The position numbers and the translations under genes are program-made. A stretch of 64,000 nucleotides of DNA from the NCBI RefSeq assembly GCF_006345805.1, contig NC_043012.1:25854001-25918000 (forward strand), given 5' to 3'. Origin of the DNA: Octopus sinensis. Taxonomy: Eukaryota. A model generated the notes under the pieces. The model was not told the origin of the DNA. It ran no database searches and saw only the letters and a list, made by a program, of their open reading frames with translations. This document shows positions 25,961 to 39,423 of the stretch, piece by piece (the first letter of the stretch is position 1; every line of letters starts with the position of its first letter).

Positions 25961-26292
25961 TTCCGTAGTCAGGATGCTTAACTTCCAAGAAACTAAGCTA
26001 ATCATCTCTAAATAGACAGGATGTGTGGTGTATAAAATTTCATTTCAGTGTATATCAGTATTATGGTTAAGATTACGCTGGTGTCCTCAAATACACAACT
26101 ACAGCGTACATAGATTAGCATTACGTACTACGACCTGTAGGGGACACGGGAAAATACCGCGTATACATATACCTTAAAACGGTGCAGTTTTATATCCGAC
26201 ACACCTATAACAGGGATGTCGGGTTTATTGCTTCATCGAAAACTTGAATCACGATTAACGGATTGGCTTTTCGCACACAAAAAGCATTCCAT
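25961..26292 (+). repeat. ~330-bp unclassified repeat, copy 2
   Basis: Aligns with 21670-21993 and is preceded by a 10-bp duplication of its start (TCCGTAGTCA). Confidence 0.85.
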
Positions 26293-26739
26293 TCAACTAC
26301 GGTTCGATTTAAGGCAGTTTTTACTTTGCTCTCCTTTCATTACTTTCCATATAACCCAAGAAGATCCTCCTTCTTCTCGGTTATACCTTTCGATAGCCGG
26401 GAATTATTTTTCACACCATCTCTCTCCAGAGCTCTGTTCACTCGATCATCCACATAGCTGTGCGCACACACTCACATACACACACAAAAAAAAAAAAAAA
26501 CGATAGCAACATTCGCACGAAAATATAATGCCTTGCAAACCATGATCTTTTATATTCGTTGAATGACTTTCCAAAAAACATTTCCATCAGCAGTCATTTC
26601 GTCGTTATAACATGAATATCCTGTTCAAGGTTTATCTGGATAACAGCAACAAATTTACCATTGCATTACAGATAGAGTATGGCACCTATGAAAAAAAAAA
26701 GAAGTGTAAGGTTACCTTTTTGAATCATTCCGATTCATA

Positions 26740-26950
26740 AGGGCCGGTTTTCCGGTTTGCATATCGTATATATTCCTCACATAGACGGTCAGTTGCAGGA
26801 TTAGTCATGTTTGCCTTCGGAGTAGAACGGCGGAACTTGAAATGAAGTTTTTTGCTCAAGAACAGAATCTGTTACCCGATCCAGAAATCGAACCTACAAT
26901 CTAACGATCGTGCGTCCAACACCTTAACCACTAAGCTACGCGCCTCCACT
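26740..26950 (-). mobile_element. SINE family B, diverged
   Basis: GGGCCGGTTTTCCGGTTT...GCTCAAGAACAGAAT...AACCACTAAGCTACGCGCCTCCAC is collinear with 5593-5853. Confidence 0.78.
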
Positions 26951-27734
26951 TATGACACCTACACTCATCAAACATGAATATCATGACATCGATGTTAAAA
27001 GCAATGAAGTAATGTGTTCTTTGGGAGAGAACAGGATCAAGCTGACATTTTCAAATTCAATATTTGTAGATGTGTGACGCAGAAATGTGAAGCTATCTTC
27101 TACAGACCAAACACTAAATACATCGATTTAGCAAGTGCCAAACTACGACAATAGCTGCTATTCATTGCCGATGTATATGTAGTGGAAATAAACCTACATA
27201 CAAAATAAATAGATAAAAATGATGATTTAATATCAGTTTATTGCAAAAGACCATTGCGATTCGTTTGACTTAATACGGATATGCTATCAATATAAATTTT
27301 CATCAAGAAACTTTATAACCAAACTATATTTGACATCGGTTCAAATAGCAAGCAGGTCCAAAATATTCGTACCCCAGAATATTTCGTTATTCCTACTCCG
27401 TTCCTATTATATTTCATATGATGTAGCTTTCGAATCTTCAAGTAAAGAAACACTATGATTCCGAAAGCCTCATGCAGAAAAAAAAAGTTTTCATCCAAGA
27501 GTGACACTATTCAACTTACGTAATATTTAATATCAGCCCTGCGAAAAATAAAGTTTGATAAAATATGGATATGTTTTGCGCATGCGTATATGCTTGTGTA
27601 CGTGTCTATAGGGGTGGTAATCCACACAAATGCACACACACTTTTATACATACATATTTATTATATTGGGACATATATGTAAATATATGTATACATATAA
27701 ATATAAATGTGTATATAATTAATATTGGTATATA

Positions 27735-28946
27735 CGAAGTGGTGTCAAAACATTCCCGGACAAAAGCGGAAGAGCGTCCCTGGAAGGCGATGGGCGATCT
27801 GGAAGTCCTGCCACGACCGTCACCCCTGAAATGTGGAGTACATTCATAAGCTTGAGAATGAGGATTATCGGAGGACAATGAAAGACATTGCTAATGTTGT
27901 TGATCTGTCGTATGGGTTCGTGGAGGCAGTAATAACGTCTGAATTGAACATGCGGAGGTGTCTCGGCCAAGTTTGTCCCACACATGCTGACAACTGAGAA
28001 GAAAGAACATCGCTTCGAAGTCTGTCAGGATCTCGATCAGCGTGCCGCTATGACCCATCTTTCATGTCGAAGATCATCACCGGTGACGAGAGTTGGGTCT
28101 ACGGTGGCGACCCTGAGATAAAGCAGTTGTTTTTTTCAGTGGGAGAGGGCTTCATCTCCTCGACCGAAGAAGGCACAGCACAGTCACAGCTTATGGAAGA
28201 GCATTCTTTTTACTGTAGGCACAAGGCCCGAAATTTTGGGGGAGCGGGCCAGTGGATTAGATCGACCCCAGTATGCAACTGGTACTTAATTTATCGACCC
28301 CGAAAGGATGAAAGGCAATGTCTACCTTAGCGGAATTTGAACTCAGAACGTAAAGACAGACGAAATACTGCTAAGCATTTCGCCCGGTGTGCTAAACATT
28401 CTGCCAGCTCGCCGCCTTAATGCTCATTGAAGAGCATGCTCATCGCTTCTTTTCTTTTTTTTCCGAAATCCGTGCTATTGTGCATCGAGACTTCGACATC
28501 CAGGACTGGACCGTCAATGGAGAATTCTATTGCCATGTTTTGAAGCGTTTGAGGGTGGACATTGGCGGAAAGCGATCGGATTCGTGGAGGGCCAAGAATT
28601 GGATTCTTCACGACGATGGTGCACTCAGTAACCGAGATTTCCTCGTGTGTGAATTTCTTGCCCAAAGCAGCATGGAATCTCTTCCGCAACCACTCTCTTC
28701 GCCAGATTAACCACCTGCGGACTTCAATTTCTCCCCCAAGATGAAAATACGGCTCAACTGTCGCCCTTTTTAATTCCGTGGTCGAAATTTCAGAGCGAAT
28801 GATCGAAGGTCTTCAACTCGCTTAAGGAAGACGACTTTCAGGATCGCTGTAACCAGTGACTATTCCGGAGGAGATGATGTCAAAATTAAAGTTAATAATT
28901 ATTTTTAAAAACATAATTAGTTCGGAAACTTTTTGACACAACCTCC
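27735..28946 (+). mobile_element. Decayed mariner element with TIRs and TA target duplication
   Basis: Ends TA|CGAAGTGGTGTCAAAACATTCCCGGA and TTCGGAAACTTTTTGACACAACCTCC|TA. Transposase motifs KIITGDESWVYG.DPE.KQ, KSMLI, WILHDDGALS and LPQP..SPD are spread over frameshifts. Confidence 0.9.
28205..28417 (-). mobile_element. SINE family A inserted in the mariner transposase
   Basis: Family A body, flanked by duplicated GAAGAGCAT (~28196 and ~28428). Confidence 0.88.
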
Positions 28947-29090
28947 TAAATGAAGACATTGGAAACGCATATACATCTATATTCACGCACGCATCCACAT
29001 GCATTCATACGTTTTATCTCTTAGTCTAGGTTATTTGTTCCACGTCCTAGCGTTGTTGTGCTTTTTTTGTGTTTTCTTCTTTGGATTAAC

Positions 29091-29167
<77 letters not shown>

Positions 29168-29289
29168 ATATTATAATTCTTTCTTTCGAATATACGGAAC
29201 TGCTTAAGAAGTGCTAGGGTGGAACCGGAGACAAAGAGAAAGATTTATGATAAAAGCTCAAATTAGGAAATCAACTCTTTTTACATACG

Positions 29290-29344
<55 letters not shown>

Positions 29345-29352
<8 letters not shown>

Positions 29353-29552
29353 CCAAACATGAACAAAGAGAAAACACAACAACGCGAGGACATGGGACAA
29401 GTATAATGTTATTGGTCACTGAGGAAAGGAAAGAAAGAAGGCGGATATAACGTTTCGAGCGGAGCTCGTCCTCAGAAATATAGAAAAAAAGAAGAGTCTA
29501 AGGAAGGGAAGACAGAGAAAGAAAATCGCCAACGATAAACACGCGGTCACAT
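29345..29552 (-). mobile_element. Short PLE-type remnant embedded in (TA)n, carrying a minimal hammerhead-like motif
   Basis: Non-SINE segment next to (TA)n. The minus strand contains CTGAGGA-C-GAGC-TCC-GCTC-GAAACGTT. Confidence 0.5.
29445..29479 (-). ncRNA. Minimal hammerhead-like motif (degenerate stem I)
   Basis: Core CUGAGGA, stem II GAGC/GCUC, GAAA, palindromic AACGUU stem III; stem I has only 2 of 3 pairs. Confidence 0.5.
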
Positions 29553-29825
29553 ATTGATGCACATGTGCAAGCATGTGTGTAGCTTAAAAGCAAAAGTTAC
29601 CGCTGAATGCAGATCAGCGGACACGTTGCTAGGAAATTCGCTTTAATGGATTTTGTCCCAATGCGTGGTAATGTCTTCTCCTCTAGCTTGGAAACGACTA
29701 AAGCTTTCAGAGTGGTTTTTGTGGAGGGACGCTGGAAGAAGCTCGTCCGGTATATGTGTGTGTATGTGTGTGTGTGTGTGTATACGGTATATGTCTTTGT
29801 GTCCATGTTTGTGGCTTATTGCCAC

Positions 29826-30260
29826 TTAAGAACCGGTGTTGGTGCGTTTACATCAAACAGGGCCTTTTTGGAAATTAAGTACTCAATTTGATTCATTCGA
29901 CTAAGAATTCTCTAAGACGGTGCACCAGCGTGGTCGTAGTCTAATGAGTGAACAAGTAAAAGGTGAAATATCAAAGACGTGCGCGTGCGCGCGCATGTGT
30001 GTGTATTTGTACGTGTATATGAATATACACACCCACAATATACACCCTCTCTCTTACACACACATGTGTCCGTAAGTATGTGTGTGTGCATATGTTTATG
30101 TATGAGTGTGGATGTGTAGTAAAAAATTTGCTTCTGTACAGCATGTATGCGATTTCAGCCCCACCGCGAGACATCTTAGGCAAGTGCCGTCCACTATAGG
30201 CTAGGGACGGCCAAAGCCTTGTGAGTGAATTTGCTAGACGGAAACTGAAAGAAGCCCACT
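29826..30260 (+). mobile_element. Two partial SINE family D copies (3' part 29826-29960; 5' part 30175-30260)
   Basis: GGTGCACCAGCGTGGTCGTAGTCTAATGAGTGAACAAGTAAAAG and GGCAAGTGCC...CCAAAGCCTTGTGAGTGAATTTGCTAGACGGAAACTGAAAGAAGCCC match family D. Confidence 0.72.
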
Positions 30261-30262
30261 TT

Positions 30263-30284
30263 TATATGCGCATATAATATATAT

Positions 30285-30332
<48 letters not shown>

Positions 30333-30333
30333 G

Positions 30334-30390
<57 letters not shown>

Positions 30391-30878
30391 ATATATAATA
30401 TATATATTGTATATATATTATATATATATATATATAATATTATATATATATATGTATATATATATATATGTATATATAATATATATATAATATGTATGTA
30501 TGTGTAAATATATATATATATATATGTATTATGTATAAACACATACATACATATATATGTGTGCGTGTGTGAGTGTATGTAAGTGTTTGTGTGTGTGTGT
30601 GTGTGTGTTTAAATGTATGTATGACTGTGTGTCTTAAAGAAAACGTGGAGTAAGAAAAAAAAATGGCTTTTATGTTGTAAATATGAGCCACCATGGCATG
30701 TAACATATATAACACACATAAATCGGGAAGTAATAACTGGCTCCTTAGCTTTTAAGGCTTTTTTTTCAGACGTTGATTTTACGACCGTAGTTTATCTTCA
30801 TTTAGCGAAATATATATTCTAGGATGTGAAATTCCACAATTGACTTCGTAACTAAGCACGTACGTATATATGCATATG

Positions 30879-30928
<50 letters not shown>

Positions 30929-31139
30929 CGTACTGGCACTCGTATTTGTATATGTAAATATTCAAATATTGATGTGAGTGTCAGTATGTGATATTGTGAG
31001 TGTAAGCGTGCGTATGATTTTCGCATGTGAGAGTTTAAGTGGATATGTGCACCAAAACGTTGATGTCATGATACACTGGAAGTTATAGCTACATACAGAC
31101 TCATCAACTTTGGTATTTATGTGTGTGGCCATATATATA

Positions 31140-31180
<41 letters not shown>

Positions 31181-31568
31181 TATACATATATATATGTATA
31201 TACATATATATATACATTTATATATATAACAACATTTATATATATATATATATATATATACTTATATACATATATATACATACTATAATATATATACATA
31301 TGTATATATATATTTATATAAATGTTAATGTGTGTATGTGTATATGTACATATATATACCATACGAATACATAGACGAATACACACGCACAGGAATGTAT
31401 GTATGCATATATATATATATATATTATATATATATATATATACATATATACATATATATATATGTATATATATATATGCATACATATATACATATATATA
31501 TATATATGAAATATATATAGGTGTGTATATGTAGACATATACATATATATATACATAAACACACAATG

Positions 31569-31603
<35 letters not shown>

Positions 31604-32055
31604 TGCGCTCAAATATGCGCTTATGTGTATACGTTTATGTATACAGTTTCAGCATATATAAGGTTGGGTATGTGTATCTGGGTACGCAAATGCTTGCAAA
31701 CACATTTTGACTTCAAGTGAAACAAGTACATCTATATTCCTTGTAACACTTTGACCTACTCCTTCGTTCACATCGCAATGTTTACCCCCAGATACACGCG
31801 CGCGCACACACACACACACACATACATACACATATACGCACACGCGTACATAGCTACACACACACACACAAATACATACACATAGAATCAAAAACACATG
31901 CTCAAAGTGAAAGAGAAACATAGATATATCTGTTTAAAGACACATGGTTACATATATACACACATAATCTAGTGCATATATATGTGTATATGTATGCATA
32001 TTCGTGTATATATATGCATACATATACATATATACGTATGTATATATATAAATAA

Positions 32056-32093
<38 letters not shown>

Positions 32094-32169
32094 TATATAT
32101 GATATATATATAGAGAGAGAGATAAACATATAAAAATCTTTATACATCAATATATATATATATATATAT

Positions 32170-32228
<59 letters not shown>

Positions 32229-32240
32229 TGTACATACACA
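30263..32240. repeat. Extended (TA)n/(CA)n/(TATG)n microsatellite field
   Basis: Direct reading; interrupted by short unique spacers. Confidence 0.9.
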
Positions 32241-32510
32241 TAAAGATGGAAAGATGCAAATCAGCAGTTGTGTATATGTTTATATGCGTTTAAATATACA
32301 CATGTATGTTTATATTTTTTTATAAAAAATAAGGTGTTATGTATAGGCATATTCAAGTTCATTAGCACTTACATTAAAAAACACATATATAAGACAGAAG
32401 AAAGGAATATATACGGTGTATAAATATCCCTCTATCCATTCGTTGAAGCTTCTCTTTCACCAGTACGTACACTCACCACTAACATACATGTATACACACA
32501 TACATACAGT

Positions 32511-32562
<52 letters not shown>

Positions 32563-32718
32563 ATATTTGTCTAGAGATGGATTTTTGAGTATAAATTTTA
32601 TTTGAAAAATGATGTTTACAATGAACATTATTATTAAATTATAAATTATCCAAAAAAGGCCATTTCTACTCATTTTATGAAACATAATACTGTACCAAGA
32701 ACATTCTTGTTATTATTA

Positions 32719-32761
<43 letters not shown>

Positions 32762-33246
32762 CGCACGCACACACACACACGCACACACGCATGCATACAT
32801 ACAGGTTCATGACACAGAAACCAAGGGAAATGTTTTCATGAGAGCATGATCTAATCCTTTTTACAAATATTATAAAATGAAATGAAAACAAATTAATAAA
32901 TCCTGTATTCACTTAAATTTGCGCTGAACTATTTAGGCGGCATATGCTCTCGCTTGCACAGAAACCTGCCCCGTCAGCATATTTAATTTTGTTATTAATG
33001 ATATAGGAGCTACGAAAGCAAATTTAGGTTCCCATGAACCGATGTAGCAATGCCGTTTATATCCTTCGTGAAAATAGTTTAATTTCGGTTACGTCGTTAA
33101 TAGCTTTGAGTAGCATCTTAGTTTCTTGTTTATAAAACCATCCGTAGATGCTTGGGATTGTATAGATAGAGTTCTCATATGATATACGTTTCGCGTCGGT
33201 ATAGAACCAAGAAAATCCCTAATGAAAAGAGGAATACCAATTTTAG

Positions 33247-33286
<40 letters not shown>

Positions 33287-33879
33287 CGCGCTCACACACA
33301 CACACACATATACACACAAACACAAACACACACACATACGCACATACATAAACACACACACATACGCACATACACACAGATGCATACATGGTACGAAAAT
33401 GAATTCCTTATACCATTTTGGAATTAAATTTCCATAATTGATAAGAGAACCTTGGTAGAGTGTGAGCAGAACCAAAATTAAAAAAAAAAAAAAATTATAT
33501 TAAAAACAAGTACCTAATCACTTTATTGAAAACCCAGCTAGGAAATTTAGTTTGGATAACTGCTTAATATGGCTGGCACTTTTCAAAATCAATATTTAAA
33601 GAACCTAAAAACGCACCGTTAAATGTATGTTGTTTAGTGTCATGATATCTCGAAGCATTGATTTAAAAATAAACGTTCCCAGCTTGTGTTTAATCCGTTT
33701 TTAAGTAATGTAGCAGCAAATACTTAGAAAGGATACTTCATCACTAAAGAAAAGTCATAGCATCATAGATTTTGAAGGGAGCAGTTAGTAAATCCAATCG
33801 TACGCATTACTAAACTGGGCTTTATTTTTGCCGACGACGAAAATTTGAGTGTAACCGAGCCGTGAATTCGTTCACGCAT

Positions 33880-34260
33880 CAGCCTACAGCTTCCCATCTT
33901 ACACTTATCCGTCGCATGATCCTACGAGGGCCATACTTATTCTCGTTCGATAGAGCAGCTGTGGAATGGAAGAGGGGCCCCGAAACAGGCCCCACATCAC
34001 ACGGTTGAACATGATTAAGAAATATCTGCAGAGGGCCATACTTATTCTTGTTCGACGGAGCAGCTGTGGAATGGAAGAGGGGCCCCGAAGCAGGCCCCAC
34101 ATCACACGGCTGGACATTATTAAGAAATATCTGCAGAGGTCCGACGTAATCTTGGAGGATGTAGAAGTGCTGGCACGTGACCGCGAACGACATGGAGCAC
34201 TGGTGGACCTGTTCGCTTCTACGAACCATGACGTCACTGGGACCACTGCCTACCAAGAGC
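33880..34260 (+). mobile_element. 3' fragment of an RTE-like LINE with an internal 105-bp tandem duplication
   Basis: Translation ..RPHIT.L.IIKKYL...EDVEVLARDRER..ALV resembles the GRP..TW.D.I..D...A.DR..W...V C-terminus of RTE RTs. 33926-34030 is repeated at 34031-34135. Confidence 0.65.
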
Positions 34261-34334
34261 TTGAAGTTAGAAGAAGTAAACCGTCAGTACAAATACCATA
34301 AATCATTATATGATGCTTTAATATTTCTCTCTCC

Positions 34335-35915
34335 TAAGGCGGTAAAATGGCAGAAATGTTAGCATGCCGGGCGTAATGCTTAGCGGTATTTCGTCTGCTT
34401 TACGTTCTGAGTTCAAATTCCGCCGAGGTCGACTTTACCTTTCATCATTTCGGGGTCGATAAATTAAGTACTAGTTACGCACTGGGGTCTATGTAATGGA
34501 CTTAATACCTATGTCTGTCCTTGTTTGTCCCCCCCTATGTGTAGCCCCTTGTGGGTAATAAAGAAATAGAAATAGGTATTTCGTCTGCTTTACGTTCTGA
34601 GTTCAAATTCCGCCGAGTTCGACTTTACCTTTCATCCTATCAGGGTCGATAAATTAAGTACTAGTTGCGCACTGGGGTCGATGTAATGGACTTAATACTT
34701 ATGTCTGTCCTTGTTTGTCCACCCTCCCCTAAAATTTCGGGCCTTGTGCCTAGAGTAGGAACGAATACGTTTCTCTCCTTGTTGCAATTAACAAATTAAA
34801 CATTGATTTTAGATTTAGGCCCAAGGCCAACATTTCGGGAAAAGGGCTAAGTCGATTACATCGACCCAAACTTTTACTGGTATTTACTTTTTTGACCTCG
34901 AAAGAATGAAAGGCTAAGTCGACCCCGGCAGAGACTGAAATGAGAACGGAAAAATTCCGGGAAAATGGTGGTAATTATTTTGCCCAGCATGCTAAAGATG
35001 CTGCCAGCTCACCAAATTTAAGAGCAGAAATATTGGCTTCAAATTTTGGCACCAGGCATGTAATTTTGGAGAAGGTGTAAATCGATCCCAGTTTTCAGCT
35101 GTATTTAATTTATCGACTCTGAAATGATGAAAGGCAAAGTCGACCTCGGTTGTATTTGAACTCGGAACGTAAAGACAGGAAATAAGGATTTTGCCTGGCT
35201 TGCTAACTATTCTGGCAGACCGCAAATTTAATAGTCTTTTCTACTTTAGGCACGAGGCCTGAATTTCTTTTTCTTTTGGTGGGGGGTGTGTGTGTGCTGG
35301 CCAGTCGATTAGATCGACCTCAGTGCGTAACTAGTACTTAATTTATCCACCTCGAAATGACGAACGGCAAAGTCGACCTCGGCGGAAGTCGAACTCAGAA
35401 CGTAAAGACAGACGAAATACCTATTTCTTTACTACCTACAAGGGGCTAAACACAGAGAGGACAAACAAGGACAGACAAAGGGATTAAGTCGATTATATCG
35501 ACCCCAGTGCGTAACTGGTACTTATTCAATCGACCCCGAAAGGATGAAAGGCAAAGTAGACCTCGGCGGAATTTGAACTCAGAACATAGCGACAGACGAA
35601 ATACCTATTTCTTTACACACAAATGGGACAAACAAGGACAGACAAACGGATTAAGTCGATTATATCCGTAAAAACGAGCCAAAATCCGGTTTAGTGTATA
35701 ATTTAAGGTTGTATTTTCAAAACCGAAATTGCTTATTAATTATATCTCTTACTGTGTAATTTGTATCTGTTTAGGTTCTGCTTTGAAATTTCGCCGAGTT
35801 CAACTTTGATTTTCTTTCTGTATCGATAAATAAATTACCAGTTGAGCAGTGGGGTGAAAGTAGTCCATTATACTCCTCCCTCTGAAATTGCTGGCCTTGT
35901 GTCAGAATTTGAAAT
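34335..35915. mobile_element. Cluster of about eight SINE family A units in both orientations, including tandem multimers
   Basis: Plus-strand dimer 34335-34760, minus-strand copies 34810-35670 and a diverged plus copy 35780-35915. Confidence 0.88.
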
Positions 35916-35949
35916 TATCATCGTTGTCGTCGTCATCATCATCAGCATT

Positions 35950-36202
35950 GTTATCATTATTATTATAGTAGTAGTAGTAGTAGTAGTAGCAGCAGCAGCA
36001 GTAGTAGTAGTAGTAGTAGCAGCAGTAGTAGTACTGAATATTAATAACAGTATTAGTAGTAGTAGCTGTAGTAGTATTAATAGTAGTAGTGGTAGTAGTA
36101 GTAGTAGTACTGAATATTAATAATAGTATTAGTAGTAGTAGCTGTAGTAGTATTAGTAGTAGTAGTAGTAGTAGCAACAGCAGCAGCAGCAGCAACAGTA
36201 GT

Positions 36203-36238
<36 letters not shown>

Positions 36239-36262
36239 GAGTAACAGTAGTAGTAGTAGTTA
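35950..36262. repeat. (TAG)n/(CAG)n block with an internal ~70-bp tandem duplication
   Basis: Direct reading; GTAGTAGTACTGAATATTAATAA...GCTGTAGTAGTATTA occurs twice. Confidence 0.92.
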
Positions 36263-36782
36263 CAGCTATGACTCGCTCTTTTATTTTGTCCTCCGGTTCA
36301 CTGACAAGTCTCCTCAAATTAGATGCAACTTAGAGCTTATTACTATCATTGTTAATAACGATGCTGTTGTTGTTACAAGGTATTTTCATACCAAATAGTA
36401 AATATAAGGGCACAAAAAAAAAGAGTGACGTCAATATGAAATATTCTTGCAGAGGTGTTACCATGTAACCCGAATCCAACAATCGTGATATTCGTATGCG
36501 CCTACCAGACACTTCGATTATGCCATACCAACATAGAAGCAGCTCAATGAATGTAGATTCCAAAACATAATCAAGGAGAGCTGCAGCTGACGAAACTTGC
36601 ATGTGTACATATGTATGATGTCTCTTAGCTTTTTAAAATCTGTATTCCAGAAAGTTGGATTCAAAGAATTTAGCCATTTACTAATTAAATATTTACGTAT
36701 ATTGGTAGGTTTGTCAATTTGTTTGTGAAAACTGCATATCAATACATAAACAGATGTTTGTTTACCTCCAAATATATATATT

Positions 36783-36990
36783 CTTTTACTATTTTTACTT
36801 GCTTCAGTAATTTGACTATGGCCATACTGGAGCAGCGCCTTTTAGTCGAGCAAATTGCCCCCAGGACTTATTCTTTATGAGCGTAGTACTTATTCTATCG
36901 GTCTCTTTTACCGAACCGCTAAGTTACGGGCACATAAACACACCAGCATCGGTTGTCAAGCGATGTTGGGGGACAGACACAGACACACAG
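36783..36990 (-). mobile_element. SINE family D, partial, running into (CATA)n
   Basis: Collinear with 25486-25690. Confidence 0.82.
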
Positions 36991-37221
36991 ACATATACAT
37001 ACATACATACATGCATGCATACATACATACATACATACATACATACATACCTACATACATACATACATACATACATACATACATGCATACATACATACAT
37101 ACATACATACATCATACATCATACATACATACATATATATTATATATATATATATAAGATATATATATAGGTATATATATATATAATATATATATTATAT
37201 ATATATAGATATCATACATAT

Positions 37222-37454
37222 AAGGCAGCGAGCTGGCAGAATCGTTAGCACGCCGGGCGAAATGCGTAGCCATATTTCTTCTGCAGTTACGTTCTGAGTT
37301 CAAATTCCGCCGAGGTCGACTTTGCCTTTCATCCCTTCGGACTCGATAAATTTAGTACCAGTTACACACTGGGGTCGATGTAATCGACTTAATACCTATG
37401 TCTGTCCTTGTTAATCCTCTCTGTGTATGCCCCTTGTGGGCAGTAAAGAAATAT
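37222..37454 (+). mobile_element. SINE family A, full-length
   Basis: AAGGCAGCGAGCTGGCAGAATCGTTAGC...GAGTTCAAATTCC...GTAAAGAAATA. Confidence 0.92.
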
Positions 37455-37752
37455 ATATATGTATGCACGTGTGTGTGTGTGTGGTGAGGCTGAAGAATAT
37501 GGGGAAGATGTGTCTAGACCAAGTCTAAATTTGGTTTCGAGTTCAGTAAAATTGGGTTTTGGACTGAAGATGTGAAGTGTGAAGGCAAATCACTGGGGAC
37601 AATAACTATCTCAGTCGTGAAAAAGAGAAGCGAGGATCTGATAGCGAGTTTAGCTTACATTCAACATATGAAGGAATGTACTTCCTGTTGAAAATTACAG
37701 CACATTGCAGATCAGTTCCCACGCCTTCTCTCTGGCATTACATCTCTAAGTG

Positions 37753-37797
<45 letters not shown>

Positions 37798-38079
37798 AGA
37801 AGGAGCATATATATATATATATATTTATATACCTTCCTTTACCTCAAAAAACACACACGTGCACACACACATATATGTACGTATATATAATCATAAGCAC
37901 GCACACGCATGTACGTGTGTATATGTATGTAAGTGTATGAGTGTGTTCCCCCGCGCACTCGTGTGTGTGTGTGTGTGTGCTCCTTGTCGTTGTGTGATTG
38001 TTTCTATGCATGGAAATGTGTATTTTTGATTATTATGCGTATGATTTTTTATGCATAATGCCGGCTCCATATGCACTCC

Positions 38080-38092
38080 CAAATATATATAT

Positions 38093-38139
<47 letters not shown>

Positions 38140-38165
38140 AATATATGTATGTGTGTGTGTATGTG

Positions 38166-38207
<42 letters not shown>

Positions 38208-38872
38208 TAACATATAGAAATCTATATATACATGTGTGTATGTATGTCCATATATATTGGAAATATAACGTAGATCAAAGGAATTAACTTTGAAACACAG
38301 CACACACACATACACACACAAAGACGTATGCACTCAAATTCACACACATTTTTCTAACGCATACATATGACGTATACTTATGTATACATATATAAATATA
38401 TATATATACTATATATATATGTATGTATAGTATATATACATATATATATATATATATCTATATATATACATACATATTATTATGTAATATATATATATAT
38501 ACATACATATATATTACATATATAGATATATATACATATATATATATATACATAATATATAGATTATACATATATATATATCATAATAATATACATATAC
38601 ATATGTATGTATGTATATAATATTATCTATATATATATATATATATATTATATATTAACTACATACATATATATATACATATATATACACATACTATATA
38701 TATATACATAATAATATACATATACATATGATTATGTATGTATTATATATATATGTATATATATATATATATATAACATACATATATAGTATGTATATAT
38801 ATATGATATATATAATATATATATATACATACATATAATACACATATATACATATACTTATATATATAAATA

Positions 38873-38931
<59 letters not shown>

Positions 38932-38950
38932 TATATATATATATCTATAA
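38080..38950. repeat. (TA)n-dominated microsatellite field
   Basis: Direct reading. Confidence 0.95.
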
Positions 38951-39107
38951 ACATAACTTCTGTATATAGTATATCAATCAGTTAAATCATTGAGATAACA
39001 GCATGGCTGTATATACGTATATGGAGTTAGTTGACGCATACGCACCTGTTAAAAAAGATAAATGTTTGCAAGTGTTTATTGATGCCATATATATTTTAGC
39101 ACATATA

Positions 39108-39423
39108 CAGAGACATGACACAATTAAATAGACACCCCATAAAACATCGTTTTATGTTTATTCTAACTTGTAATGGTTTATTTTTTTTTTTATCAATTGA
39201 CATTTTTATGTTACAGGTTCTAGATGTGACTGTTTATTCACGCGATGCACAGAAGAGGCATCGGAACTGTTTGGATTTCAAAGAGGCCGTATTGTGGGTC
39301 ATTCTGAAGGTGTACACAGTTAGCATAAAATCGCAGAAAAACTCGGGATCCCGCTTTCTACAGTTAATAGAAGAATTGTTCAGTTTATCAGAGAGAGGAA
39401 AGAAGCCAAGTCAACTCGCCCTG
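39108..39423 (+). mobile_element. 5' end of a Tc1-like transposon (paired-like HTH fragment)
   Basis: TA|CAGAGACATGACACAATTAAATAGACACCCC terminus. Translation ELFGFQRGRIVGHSEG...KIAEKLGIPLSTVNRRIVQF...STRP matches the Tc1 N-terminal L..F.RG.IVG...IA..LG...STV.R pattern, with one in-frame stop. Confidence 0.72.
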
